64,000 nt of DNA from Candidatus Uhrbacteria bacterium (GCA_016206085.1 JACQSF010000022.1:3191-67190), one strand, 5' to 3'. Counted from the first letter of the stretch, positions 53,392-62,842 are shown. Numbers and translations are program-made. The notes: generated by a model not told the origin, from the letters alone.

Positions 53392-54075
53392 ATGCCAAGT
53401 ACACGATTCAATCAAGCCAAAGCGCTAGTCGATAAAACCAAGACCTACACTGTTTCCGAAGCGATTGCGCTCGCCAAGAAAGCTGCAACCGCCAAGTACG
53501 ATGAAGCCATGGAACTTCACCTGCGCCTGGGGATCGACGCGACGAAATCTGACCAACAGGTGCGTGGCACCATTGCCCTTCCGCACGGAACTGGAAAGAC
53601 GAAGCGCGTTGCCGCGTTCGTCGAAGCAGAAAAGGAAGCGGATGCCAAAGCCGCGGGAGCTGACATCATCGGTGGCGAAGAACTCATTGCCACCATCGCC
53701 ACAAAAGGCACCATCGACTTCGATGTCGCGGTGGCGACACCTGCGATGATGCCAAAGCTCGCCAAGCTCGCCCGTCTCTTGGGACCTCGTGGTCTCATGC
53801 CAAACCCAAAAACCGACACCGTTTCTCCAAACGTGACCAAGATGATCACCGAGCAAAAGGCTGGAAAGGAGAGCTTCAAGAATGATCCACAAGGGAACCT
53901 CCACCAGATCTTTGGCCGTAGGTCTTTCACACAGGCACAGCTGGAGGAGAACCTGCGCGCGCTGCTGGAAACCGTAAAACGCATGAAACCGCAGTCATCC
54001 AAAGGCATCTACCTGCGATCCACAACAATCGCTTCCTCAGTAGGCCCTGGAATCAAGATCGATCCAAACTCATAA
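53392..54075 (+). CDS. rplA: 50S ribosomal protein L1
   Basis: QQVRG...LPHGTGK, LGPRGLMPNPK. Confidence 0.97.
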   Translation: MPSTRFNQAKALVDKTKTYTVSEAIALAKKAATAKYDEAMELHLRLGIDATKSDQQVRGTIALPHGTGKTKRVAAFVEAEKEADAKAAGADIIGGEELIATIATKGTIDFDVAVATPAMMPKLAKLARLLGPRGLMPNPKTDTVSPNVTKMITEQKAGKESFKNDPQGNLHQIFGRRSFTQAQLEENLRALLETVKRMKPQSSKGIYLRSTTIASSVGPGIKIDPNS

Positions 54076-54076
54076 C

Positions 54077-54118
54077 AAACAGAAACACTCGTCGCACCGG
54101 CGGGTGTTTCTGTTTTTG
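54077..54118 (+). terminator. Intrinsic terminator after rplA
   Basis: aaacagaaacactcg...cgggtgtttctgtttt. Confidence 0.7.
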
Positions 54119-54183
54119 ATAAAGGAGATAATTTGTGTCAGGCTAGCAAGTATCAAAATGTCCGATCGGACAAAATCATACCT

Positions 54184-54840
54184 ATGTCCATCCTCACGCG
54201 GTCAGAAATCCTCTCCCACATCGACTCCGGTGGGCTCACGTTCACCCCCGCACTCGACCAGTTTCAGATCCAACCACATGCCATCGATTTGCGCCTTGGC
54301 TACAAATTCCTCATCCCGCGCAATTGGACGGTCGATGAGAAAGGTCGGCGCGCGATCAAGATGGCGATCGATGATGTAGATGCCCATCGCGAACAATTCG
54401 ACGAAGTTCAACTCCAACCCGGTCAGTACTTCGAGCTTCTCCCAAACGAATTCGTGATCGGAACAAGTCTCGAGCGCATCGAACTCAACAGCATGAACCT
54501 CATGGCGATCTTGTTTCCACGAACATCAACAAACCGTCGCGGAATCGACCTCTCGCTCTCAGGCATCATCGATACCGGCTACAAAGGTCATCTTATTTTC
54601 CCGATGAAGAACGAGGCTGGAGATCAAGTGATCCGTGTGTATCCCGGCGAGCGCGTGTGCCAGGTCATTTTCCAAGAACTCAACCAACCGTTGACGCCAG
54701 AGGAAGCCAAGCTCCACGGCCTCACCGCCGCCAAGTACAGCGAGTCTGGCTCCCAAGGTTTCAAACTCGACAAAGACGATGAGCGACAAATGCTCGTCTC
54801 AGGCAAGCTCGACGAGCTTAAAAGCCAATTTGGACTTTAA
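54184..54840 (+). CDS. Dcd/dUTPase-superfamily (trimeric) protein lacking the dCTP-deaminase catalytic Glu
   Basis: QIQP.AIDLRLG, LPNEF, RTS..R.G, IIDTGYKG, RVCQVIF; Pro at the E138-equivalent position. Confidence 0.8.
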   Translation: MSILTRSEILSHIDSGGLTFTPALDQFQIQPHAIDLRLGYKFLIPRNWTVDEKGRRAIKMAIDDVDAHREQFDEVQLQPGQYFELLPNEFVIGTSLERIELNSMNLMAILFPRTSTNRRGIDLSLSGIIDTGYKGHLIFPMKNEAGDQVIRVYPGERVCQVIFQELNQPLTPEEAKLHGLTAAKYSESGSQGFKLDKDDERQMLVSGKLDELKSQFGL

Positions 54841-54848
54841 CCTCTCCG

Positions 54849-54890
54849 GTCCCCCTCCTTTTTAAGGAGGGGCTAGGGGTGGTTACGAGT
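54849..54890 (+). repeat. Family B 42-bp repeat
   Basis: Identical to 48112-48153. Confidence 0.9.
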
Positions 54891-55055
54891 CTATAAAATC
54901 AGCCTAAATCAGGCTGTTTTTTGTTTAACCCGCCCACAAAATCATTGACAAAAGGCTCATTTTATGATATATTCTCGCGTTCGTTCGGGTTTTCTTTCCA
55001 CCCGTCGGATGTAGATCTTCGACACAACAAAGGGAAGACATAGAGGAAGTTCAAG

Positions 55056-56228
55056 ATGGACAAGGACATCAAGGACATGAACGAGCTCAGCCGGCTTCTC
55101 GTGCCGGTGTACGGGTTCGGCAGCCGCGATGCGGCCGAGGCCTACGTCGACGCCGAGAACGGGAGCGACCGGATCGTCGCCCCCCAGATGATCGCCGACC
55201 GAGACCACGGGATCGGGTACGTCATGATCCCGGGTTGGTGGAGCCAGATCGAGGCGCAGATCCTCGTGGAGCGCCCCGACTTCCGCCGCACTCGCCCCGG
55301 CCCCACCCAGATCTGGGAGAAGCTGCGCAGCGCCGACAAGCAGCGGCCCGACGACCGTGGGCGCCCGGCGTTCACGAGCGTCCTGCTCATCGGCGGACGC
55401 CGACAGTTCTTCCGCCACCACGTGAAGGAGAGCCGCTACGACGCCCCGTGGTGGAAGCGGCTCGACACCGGGCGTCGCGACTGCTTCGCGGTCTTCGCCC
55501 ACCGCGACGGCAGCCCGCTCGAGCCCTTCAGGGTCATCGACAACGGCAAGCTCAACGGCGCCCGTCAGACCAAGACGGTCTCCACCGCCCGCTCGGGCCG
55601 CGTGGCGATCTACTCGGCGACCACGGTCTACGCCAAGGACGGCAGCATCAACGGCAACGAGGCGCGGCTCCTCCTCGCCGAGTTCTCGGTGCTGGACCGC
55701 GACTCGACGAAGGACGACATGCTGCGCGTCACCGTCGTCGCCCAGCAGCACCAGTTCCCGAGCGGCGCGCAGATCCCCGAGATCGACCTCTCCTACCAGC
55801 AGAAGAACGGTCTGGACGATGCCTGGGTCCGACTCGCCAACGAGGCCCGCAACGGCTTCATCCGCGAGTGCAGCCCGGTCGACGAGGAGAACGAGAAGTT
55901 CCGGAGCTTCCACGTCCGGCAGCGGCAGCTCGCCGCGGCCGACGACAAGAAGCCGTACGGCGAGAAGTTCGCCGAGCGGATCCGCACGCTCGACTGGCAG
56001 GCCGCCCTGCGTCTCGTCCAGGAGCCCTGGCAGTTCGCGCTCGTCGCGTCGGTCCACGGCCACCGCGGGGAGTTCTCCTCCGACGGCGGGATGTATACCA
56101 TCCCATACGAGTGCGTCCCCAAGATGGTCGAGCTGCACGAGTGCTCCCCCGAGCGCCGCACCGCGCTCCAAGGCATGATCGGCTACGCCTCGGAGACCAG
56201 CACGAGCTGGAACTACCGCGGCGACTGA
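55056..56228 (+). CDS. Very GC-rich orphan protein (390 aa)
   Basis: GAGG SD; upstream TTGACA promoter-like element; almost exclusive C/G third positions in this frame. Confidence 0.65.
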   Translation: MDKDIKDMNELSRLLVPVYGFGSRDAAEAYVDAENGSDRIVAPQMIADRDHGIGYVMIPGWWSQIEAQILVERPDFRRTRPGPTQIWEKLRSADKQRPDDRGRPAFTSVLLIGGRRQFFRHHVKESRYDAPWWKRLDTGRRDCFAVFAHRDGSPLEPFRVIDNGKLNGARQTKTVSTARSGRVAIYSATTVYAKDGSINGNEARLLLAEFSVLDRDSTKDDMLRVTVVAQQHQFPSGAQIPEIDLSYQQKNGLDDAWVRLANEARNGFIRECSPVDEENEKFRSFHVRQRQLAAADDKKPYGEKFAERIRTLDWQAALRLVQEPWQFALVASVHGHRGEFSSDGGMYTIPYECVPKMVELHECSPERRTALQGMIGYASETSTSWNYRGD

Positions 56229-56356
56229 CCCCCACGACCCCGTCGTGGCAGATACCCCAATGTGGTTCTGCTGCGGCGGGGTATTCTATTTTGCCCATTT
56301 GTCGGAAATTAAATATCCGACCTACTTACAAAAAATCGACCTTGTGGTCGATTTTA

Positions 56357-56389
56357 GGATTGCTTCGTCGCTACGCTCCTCGCAATGAC
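56357..56389. repeat. Half copy of palindrome family A
   Basis: ggattgcttcgtcgctacgctcctcgcaatgac. Confidence 0.75.
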
Positions 56390-56394
56390 GAGGA

Positions 56395-57105
56395 CTACAA
56401 TTGTCGCAGGACATTCCTCAACTGCCTTGCCATAGCATCACCATGATCAACGGTGTAGACCGGCTCGCCTGCAAGGAAACATTTTGCCCCCACCTGCGTC
56501 AGCACACAGTGTGCATCCCCTTCCCCATCGACAACCTCGATTCCCAACTCACCTAGCTCTCGGACAATGTCCTTAAGCAACTCTCCCTCAAACCCGTCGA
56601 GTGATACGGTCTTGATACTCGGAGATAGCGTCTGCGCATACACCTTGTCCCGACTAAACCTCTCGTGGGCGTCATCCGTCACATACAAATCACGCACACC
56701 GGCATCGATGAGCGACTTCCAGCACGGCTCGCAGGTCCACCAGTGGCCATACATGTAGGCATCAGCTCCCGTCGGATCGATTCCCAAGGCTCTCGCCTCT
56801 TCAATAAGCATCGGCTCTGAGTGGCCCGGAGCGTCATGCAATGTACACAGGTCATATCCTGTTCCGCTTGGACACTCCAACACAATCCGCGGACACACAT
56901 GAACCTGACCTGGCCCGCGGTTAAACCCATTTCCCGCTCGAACAACAACAACTCCATCCTTCACCAGCACGATCCCAACGGGATAGAGCTGGTCTCCCGC
57001 ACATTCCTCGCGAGCCTTCGCCGCTTCAATCATAAATGGATCGTCTACGGACGCATATTTTAGCTGATGACCTTCTGGCATGTAGGGATACTCAATGTTT
57101 GGCAT
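56395..57105 (-). CDS. dCMP-deaminase-like zinc deaminase with C-terminal extension
   Basis: VG.VLVKDG, GFN, C.R....PSG..YDLC, HSE (HxE), CEPC (CxxC), AGV. Confidence 0.8.
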   Translation of the reverse strand: MPNIEYPYMPEGHQLKYASVDDPFMIEAAKAREECAGDQLYPVGIVLVKDGVVVVRAGNGFNRGPGQVHVCPRIVLECPSGTGYDLCTLHDAPGHSEPMLIEEARALGIDPTGADAYMYGHWWTCEPCWKSLIDAGVRDLYVTDDAHERFSRDKVYAQTLSPSIKTVSLDGFEGELLKDIVRELGELGIEVVDGEGDAHCVLTQVGAKCFLAGEPVYTVDHGDAMARQLRNVLRQL

Positions 57106-57145
57106 AAATCATGTTATACTTTATTCAAAGCTAACATAAGACCCT

Positions 57146-57463
57146 ATGAATTCACAAGAAGAATTCGAGAAAGAAGCCAAAGCCGTAGGCGAGCGCCTGG
57201 CATTACTCCTTGTTGCTGCCAACCTCCCAGAGGACGTCAAGGCAGGTTTTGCCTCGATGATTCCAGAAATGTCACCAGAACAAATCGACCGACTGATCAA
57301 CGTGCTCGAAGCAAATGTTTCTGATACGGCTGCGACGCAGGAAGCAGAGTTTGGCAAAGCCGTTCAAGATGCCCAGGCGACATACGAATCAAAGCGCCAA
57401 GCCGCCCAACAACAGACAATGGCAGAGTTGGACGAAATCGAAAGTCTCTTGAAAGCCGGCTAA
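57146..57463 (+). CDS. Small helical hypothetical protein
   Basis: 105 aa, coiled-coil-like; first gene of a tight 3-gene operon. Confidence 0.6.
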   Translation: MNSQEEFEKEAKAVGERLALLLVAANLPEDVKAGFASMIPEMSPEQIDRLINVLEANVSDTAATQEAEFGKAVQDAQATYESKRQAAQQQTMAELDEIESLLKAG

Positions 57464-57466
57464 GCT

Positions 57467-57787
57467 ATGAGCTGGTCTCGATTTGCCAATATCCTGCAGA
57501 CACGTCCACTGGATCGAGAGACAAAGCTTATGCTAATTGATCTCGTGGCCAGCGTGGACGATCCAAAGCTGGAGGAGGAAATTTTCTCCTTCGTGTTTGC
57601 TTGGGAGGAAGCGCAGGCACAGACACAACGGGAGCTCGTCGAAGGGATAAAACGCATCACGCACGAGTACGAACTCGCACAAACGGCTCTCAACGCCGGG
57701 AACCAAAAAGCAACCCTTTCGATCGCCGATGATCTTGCGCGACAGAAACGCATTGATGACTTGAGAACAAGAATTACTAGTCTTTAA
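57467..57787 (+). CDS. Small helical hypothetical protein
   Basis: 106 aa, 3 bp spacing on both sides. Confidence 0.6.
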   Translation: MSWSRFANILQTRPLDRETKLMLIDLVASVDDPKLEEEIFSFVFAWEEAQAQTQRELVEGIKRITHEYELAQTALNAGNQKATLSIADDLARQKRIDDLRTRITSL

Positions 57788-57790
57788 CCT

Positions 57791-60700
57791 ATGCCAATCA
57801 GACCACGTACACCGCCAAGCGAAACGTCTCCAGCCGCACCGCCACCAGACGCGGCACCTGCTTCGCCTCCTCCTGTAGAGGCATCTCCAGCACCTTCTGC
57901 AGACACCATCTCAGATGGTGATCTTGCGGCTGCACTCGAACTTGTCAAAAGAGATGGGGCAACAAGGGAGTCGATCCGCAGAGGACTTGGTGTCTCGAGA
58001 GAACGAGCCGCAAGTCTTCTGGCTGAAATGGAGGCAAAGGGAATCATAGGTTCTGCACCCAGGCCAGGAAAAAAACGCGAAATTCTAGTCACGACATGGC
58101 CGCCTGAGACAGCTCCTGTTCAAAAAGTCGATAGTGAAATAAGTGAAGAGGTCGCGTCATATGCATCTGACATAATAATTCATCTATTAGCTGGTGGCGA
58201 ACCCAGTACAGAGGCGTTTGAGCGTGAGCTGGGACTTTCCAAAGATGATGCGGAGACAATAATGGCTTCGTTGGTAAATATGGGCGTGATTTCAGCCTTA
58301 ACAGACGGGAAACATGAGGTTCTCATAAAACCACTGACTCGGGAGGAGTTTACAAACACTCAAAAGAAAATTGCTGGGCTAAGCTGGGATGAAATCGACG
58401 AAAGAGTTGCGAAAAGAGAATTTACTGTCATTCAGGTCATGGCTATCGACGGAATGCCTGGGTCTGTCGAAAAAGAAGATGAATCTGAACCATCAGCCGA
58501 TGAACGCAACGAACTGTTCAACAAAGCCGTCGAAAACGTAATAAAAGCTGGAGAAGCAAGATTGACCACTCTCGCCCACGGTCTTGTTCTGACGGCCACA
58601 CAAGTAAAAGATTTCCTCGCAGAAATGGAACACCGTGGAATCATCGGCCCTACCAGACGTGGAAAGCCTCGTGAGATCCTAATAAAAACCTGGCCGGCTG
58701 AAACGGCACCAGACACAAAACCAGAACTAGCTAAAAAGACGACACCTATCCTCACACGCGCTGGCGGAGCAGCGGCAGATTTGGATAACACAAAAGAAGC
58801 TAAACCAGCGCCTGCTGAGCCACCTCCTGCAGAATCGACTCCACCCGAGACGCCGCCTGCCGAGCCGTCACCAGAAGAAACTCCCCCAGAGACACCACCG
58901 ACACCGCCGGCTCCTCCCGAAACTCCCCATGCCACGCCAGAAAGAAGCAAATGGGAATCAATTACAGCTGGCTTCCGCGGAGCCTTCGATCGATTCGCTT
59001 CAAAATTCCGAGGAGAGGTGCAGGCAAGCGATGAAAAAGAATACAAAGCCTCATGGGGGGATGTGGCAAAGAATGCTGCCACGGGATTCTTGAGCGTGGC
59101 CGCAAGCTATACGGGCGTGAAGATTCTCGCGGATCTCCCACAATGGCTCTATCAGAAGTATTGGACCAACCCAGCGGAGCGACAGCGCATCAAGGACGCT
59201 CTTGCCGCAAAAGAAACAGAGCTGGGAGAAACGACGGAACCCACAGCCATCGACCAGAAGAAAGCCAAACTCGAAGAAGCGATCAACGCATCCAAATTTT
59301 TGACGAAAGAAAAGAAGGCAGAACTCCTAGCCAAGCTCCACACGACCGTCGAGGAATACGAAGCAAAAGACAAAACATTACGCACAGAGCGCAACGAGAA
59401 GATCGCCAAGCTCCTCGACCAAGCGATTGAGACGCGAATCAAGAACACCCAAATCCTCAAAGAAGGACTCAACTCCGCACTCATGGTCACCGGACTCTCG
59501 GCGATGCGAGGGGTTGCCTATGGTGCTGTGGCTGTGTATGAGCGTCACCAAGAAGTCATGACGAGTCCTGAACGTCGCATGCAGTATTGGAAGGAGATGA
59601 CCTATCGTGGATTTACCGAAACGGCCCATAACCTCATCGGCGGCAAAGCCGATACCTGGACGGGAAAAGGCATGAACTTCGTGAAGGGCGCAACCAATGT
59701 CTTGCGCGCGGCTGGTTTTGCCGATCTTGCGATCGCAGAGTGGACAACAGAAGGACGAAGCTTCAGCAGTGTTATTGAAACGAGTCTCAAAGCCTGGGAA
59801 GACAAAGGTGCTGCGGCTGGTTGGGAAAACATCAAGGCGCCCTGGGAGCGACTTGGACATCTTGGCGAATACGCAAAGTCGGCTGTTACGGGATCGGAAC
59901 CCGCACCCGGAGCAACCCCTGAGACTTCTGGTGGAGCTGCTGGTGGTGGTGCTCCTGGTTCGCCTGAAGCAGCCACGGCTGCGGGAACCGCTGGTGCAGC
60001 CGGTGTAGCTGCTGCTGAATCAGCCCCTCATGTGGAAGTTCCCGAAGCGCAAATTGAAGCAGGTCTGGTCAAGAAAGGCGACGGCATCTTGAAAATTCTC
60101 GAACGACAAGGAGTCGAAGGAAAGTCGGCTCTTGAGGCCGCTCGTGAGGCTGGAATCGTCCGCGCGGCTGGCGATACTCGACTGACAACGGAGGCTATTG
60201 GTCGACTCTCTGTTTTTGCCGAAGCAAAACCTGAAGGTGGAATTGAAATCAAATTCTTCGACACAGAAACAGACAAGGTCCTCACGCTGGCAGAAGCTCG
60301 CGAGGCAGGATTCACCTACGAGTCCGGAACTGTTCCTGGCGAACTTGCGACTGAATCGGAAGTTGCTGCTCACGTGGCAGAAACGGCAGAGATACTTAAG
60401 GACTCCGCTGATGTTCCCAACGATCTGCTGGGAGGAACATTCCATCTCTACGCAGACGCAGAAGGCAACTTCACTTCGATTGATGTGGGCGATGGCGACA
60501 CCCTGACTCGAATGAAAGAGGCTTTGCAAGAATTGACCAGACAAGGTCATGGTGACAGCCCAGAGGCAAAATTTATCTTCGAACAATATAGACAGCTCCT
60601 TTTAACAACTGAAGGTGCCCAAGTCGACGACGCTACTCCACCTCCCGAGGGAGTAGAACAGGCAACTCAAAGAGTCACTGAGCAACGCACGGCTGAATCA

Positions 60701-61201
60701 GAAACATCGGCAGATGGTGAACCTCTACGCAGATTCAAAGGCGAAGCTGGGAAGGTGAAATTCGTCTACGATAAGGAGACAGGAGCGGTGAAAGATGCAT
60801 TCCTTCCTGCGTACACACCAGGGAAGGCAGAGATTAGTTCCTCGTTAAGAGAGTGGGGGCTCACGACCAAACAAGTGAGGAACCACTTCTTTGAAGGATC
60901 TGCTCGGACACATATGGATGGAACAGCGATTGACACGTCGCATGCAGAACGTTATCCAGAGCCTAACCCAACCGAGAGCCGCGCCGGGTTCCCTATCCAG
61001 TCACCGGAAAATGATTACCGACAACTCACGCGAGAAGTCACAAAACTTTCTCGACAAGAGAGTTTGCTCCAAGAAATGGAAGAGAATGGATACAGGAGCA
61101 CCCCCGAGTACGCACGACTAAAAATGGAAACAGAACAGCTAGAAAGGACACTCTCAAGACAAATGGATAGACAGTTTCACATAAAGGAGCGGCCAATCTG
61201 A
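57791..61201 (+). CDS. 1136-aa protein with three N-terminal FtsK-gamma-like winged-helix repeats
   Basis: RAASLLAEMEAKGIIG..PGKKREIL and LAEMEHRGIIGP..GKPREIL; Pro-rich and Ala/Gly-rich linkers; no Walker A motif seen. Confidence 0.7.
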   Translation: MPIRPRTPPSETSPAAPPPDAAPASPPPVEASPAPSADTISDGDLAAALELVKRDGATRESIRRGLGVSRERAASLLAEMEAKGIIGSAPRPGKKREILVTTWPPETAPVQKVDSEISEEVASYASDIIIHLLAGGEPSTEAFERELGLSKDDAETIMASLVNMGVISALTDGKHEVLIKPLTREEFTNTQKKIAGLSWDEIDERVAKREFTVIQVMAIDGMPGSVEKEDESEPSADERNELFNKAVENVIKAGEARLTTLAHGLVLTATQVKDFLAEMEHRGIIGPTRRGKPREILIKTWPAETAPDTKPELAKKTTPILTRAGGAAADLDNTKEAKPAPAEPPPAESTPPETPPAEPSPEETPPETPPTPPAPPETPHATPERSKWESITAGFRGAFDRFASKFRGEVQASDEKEYKASWGDVAKNAATGFLSVAASYTGVKILADLPQWLYQKYWTNPAERQRIKDALAAKETELGETTEPTAIDQKKAKLEEAINASKFLTKEKKAELLAKLHTTVEEYEAKDKTLRTERNEKIAKLLDQAIETRIKNTQILKEGLNSALMVTGLSAMRGVAYGAVAVYERHQEVMTSPERRMQYWKEMTYRGFTETAHNLIGGKADTWTGKGMNFVKGATNVLRAAGFADLAIAEWTTEGRSFSSVIETSLKAWEDKGAAAGWENIKAPWERLGHLGEYAKSAVTGSEPAPGATPETSGGAAGGGAPGSPEAATAAGTAGAAGVAAAESAPHVEVPEAQIEAGLVKKGDGILKILERQGVEGKSALEAAREAGIVRAAGDTRLTTEAIGRLSVFAEAKPEGGIEIKFFDTETDKVLTLAEAREAGFTYESGTVPGELATESEVAAHVAETAEILKDSADVPNDLLGGTFHLYADAEGNFTSIDVGDGDTLTRMKEALQELTRQGHGDSPEAKFIFEQYRQLLLTTEGAQVDDATPPPEGVEQATQRVTEQRTAESETSADGEPLRRFKGEAGKVKFVYDKETGAVKDAFLPAYTPGKAEISSSLREWGLTTKQVRNHFFEGSARTHMDGTAIDTSHAERYPEPNPTESRAGFPIQSPENDYRQLTREVTKLSRQESLLQEMEENGYRSTPEYARLKMETEQLERTLSRQMDRQFHIKERPI

Positions 61202-61237
61202 ATATAAAAGACAGGCGTGAGCCTGTCTTTTATATTC
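61200..61237. terminator. Bidirectional terminator
   Basis: gaatataaaagacaggc-gtga-gcctgtcttttatattc perfect stem between convergent genes. Confidence 0.85.
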
Positions 61238-61760
61238 ATGTTCTGTAGTGGAGGAGGACGGCTTGGTCGTTAAGTGGGGTCGCTGTCACAAGTTTCACGT
61301 CGATGCGCTCGAACCCTGTGGCAAGAGGAACGCCTGAGCCAAACAGATGCGGCTCTATGGTGAGGTAGAGATCAGTCACGAGACCATCCTGGAGAAACTC
61401 GCTGTAGATTGATGATCCACCGGCGATGGCAACGGTTGTCACGCCTTGTGTAGCAAGTTGGTCAAGAAGATCTCGAGGGGAGAGGTTTGTGTACTCAACG
61501 GTACCACTCGTAACCACCCCCAGCCCCTCCTTAAAAAGGAGGGGGGCCGGAGAGCGAGACATGACAATTATTCGACGACCCTTCAAGGGCTTGCCGATCG
61601 TATCGAACGTCTTGCGTCCCATGATCACCACTCCTGCTTCTTTTGTTTTGTCGATAAAAAAACGTGTGTCCTCTTTGCTCGTCCAATCAAGCGAAGACTG
61701 GCCTTCTGCCTGCGCAATTTTTCCGTCCGCGGATATCGCCGCAATAAGCCAAACATTCAT
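61236..61760 (-). CDS. folA: Dihydrofolate reductase
   Basis: IAA...G.I, W...ED..FF, VIMGRKT, KPL.GR..IV.SR, IAGGSSIY; directly downstream of the ThyA homologue. Confidence 0.88.
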   Translation of the reverse strand: MNVWLIAAISADGKIAQAEGQSSLDWTSKEDTRFFIDKTKEAGVVIMGRKTFDTIGKPLKGRRIIVMSRSPAPLLFKEGLGVVTSGTVEYTNLSPRDLLDQLATQGVTTVAIAGGSSIYSEFLQDGLVTDLYLTIEPHLFGSGVPLATGFERIDVKLVTATPLNDQAVLLHYRT

Positions 61761-61763
61761 AGG

Positions 61764-62603
61764 CTAGTACACGTTCACGGTGATCTTCATGCCTTTAATA
61801 GGCTCTAGTGGCTGATATTGTGAATTGAGTGAAGCAAACAGCTCTTCCACAAGCTGACTATCCCCTGCCACCGCACGACCGTAACTTCCAACAGGAACCT
61901 GTAACGCAATAGGGGCATGCGCATGTTCACGATCGATAAGCTCGCGCGCGGCTTCGAAATGGTTATCGTAAATGTGGGCATTGCTGATCGAGTGCGTGTA
62001 GATTCCTGGCTTCAAACCCAACCGCTCCGCGAGGATACATTGCAAGAGCGCAAATCCTGCCGCGTCGTGCGGACATCCAAGCATCATGTCGTTTGAGCGA
62101 ATGATGTTATGCAAATGTAATCTCCCACCCGCAATGTTAACGGTGAACGAGTAGGGGCACGGCAAATTTTTCTTCGAGTCCACGCCAAGTCCGTCACCAG
62201 AAGGATCCCAGGTAATGATAACCGCATGACGGGAGGCCGGATTCTCGGTCAAATGGTTCACCAGGCTCTCCATCTGGTCACGACCAAAGTGATGTCGCCA
62301 CCGATATCCGTATGCTGCTTGGACGGTTCCATCTTCCTCCAAAAAATCGTCCCAAATCCTGGTAAACTGCTGCAACCAGGTCGGATTATTTTCTCCCATG
62401 AGGTACCAAATCTGTTCCGCAATGAACAACTTCAATGGAATCTTACGCAGGGTAAGCAATGGGAAACTTTCACCGACATCCACACGAAGCGTCAGCCCAG
62501 GAATCATGCGTGTAATCCTGCCGGACCACGGGTTTGGAATATCAATCCCCTCGTCCAAAATCTGACGGATCGCTTCTTTATATTGGACGTCAAATGATGT
62601 CAT
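61764..62603 (-). CDS. Thymidylate synthase-family enzyme with Asp at the dUMP-specificity position (putative dCMP C5-methyltransferase)
   Basis: FPLLTLRK, AEQIWYL.G, IWD, YG.RWR, PC (Cys149), RSND, GCPHD (Asp180), HIY.NH. Family assignment is solid; substrate is inferred. Confidence 0.85.
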   Translation of the reverse strand: MTSFDVQYKEAIRQILDEGIDIPNPWSGRITRMIPGLTLRVDVGESFPLLTLRKIPLKLFIAEQIWYLMGENNPTWLQQFTRIWDDFLEEDGTVQAAYGYRWRHHFGRDQMESLVNHLTENPASRHAVIITWDPSGDGLGVDSKKNLPCPYSFTVNIAGGRLHLHNIIRSNDMMLGCPHDAAGFALLQCILAERLGLKPGIYTHSISNAHIYDNHFEAARELIDREHAHAPIALQVPVGSYGRAVAGDSQLVEELFASLNSQYQPLEPIKGMKITVNVY

Positions 62604-62629
62604 AGCACCCTCCACTGTAACAGAGCGAG

Positions 62630-62758
62630 GAGACCTCGGCAAAATTTGCGATCTTTGCTTTCACGGGCGCCCAGGCATCGCTTCAACGTCCGTTTTAGGA
62701 CGTTTTCAGCGATCGCCAGCCCGTTCAAACAAATCTCATCAAATTTTACCGAGGTCTC
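62630..62758. repeat. About 130-bp imperfect palindrome between the divergent ThyA homologue and tmk
   Basis: gagacctcggcaaaatttg / caaattttaccgaggtctc outer arms; inner acgggc/gcccgt, atcgct/agcgat, aacgtcc/ggacgtt. Confidence 0.7.
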
Positions 62759-62842
62759 TATACGCCAGGTTTCCATCGCTCCCCTTTTTCGCTAAAATGG
62801 CCTTGTTCTTGTTCTCCCTGTGGACAAACTCTGATATAATTT

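Noticed and set aside
54957..56446. Long overlapping ORFs 54957-56171 (-) and 55235-56446 (+)
   Set aside because: Shadow frames of the very GC-rich 55056-56228 gene; Arg/Pro/Ala-biased, with no SD or motifs.
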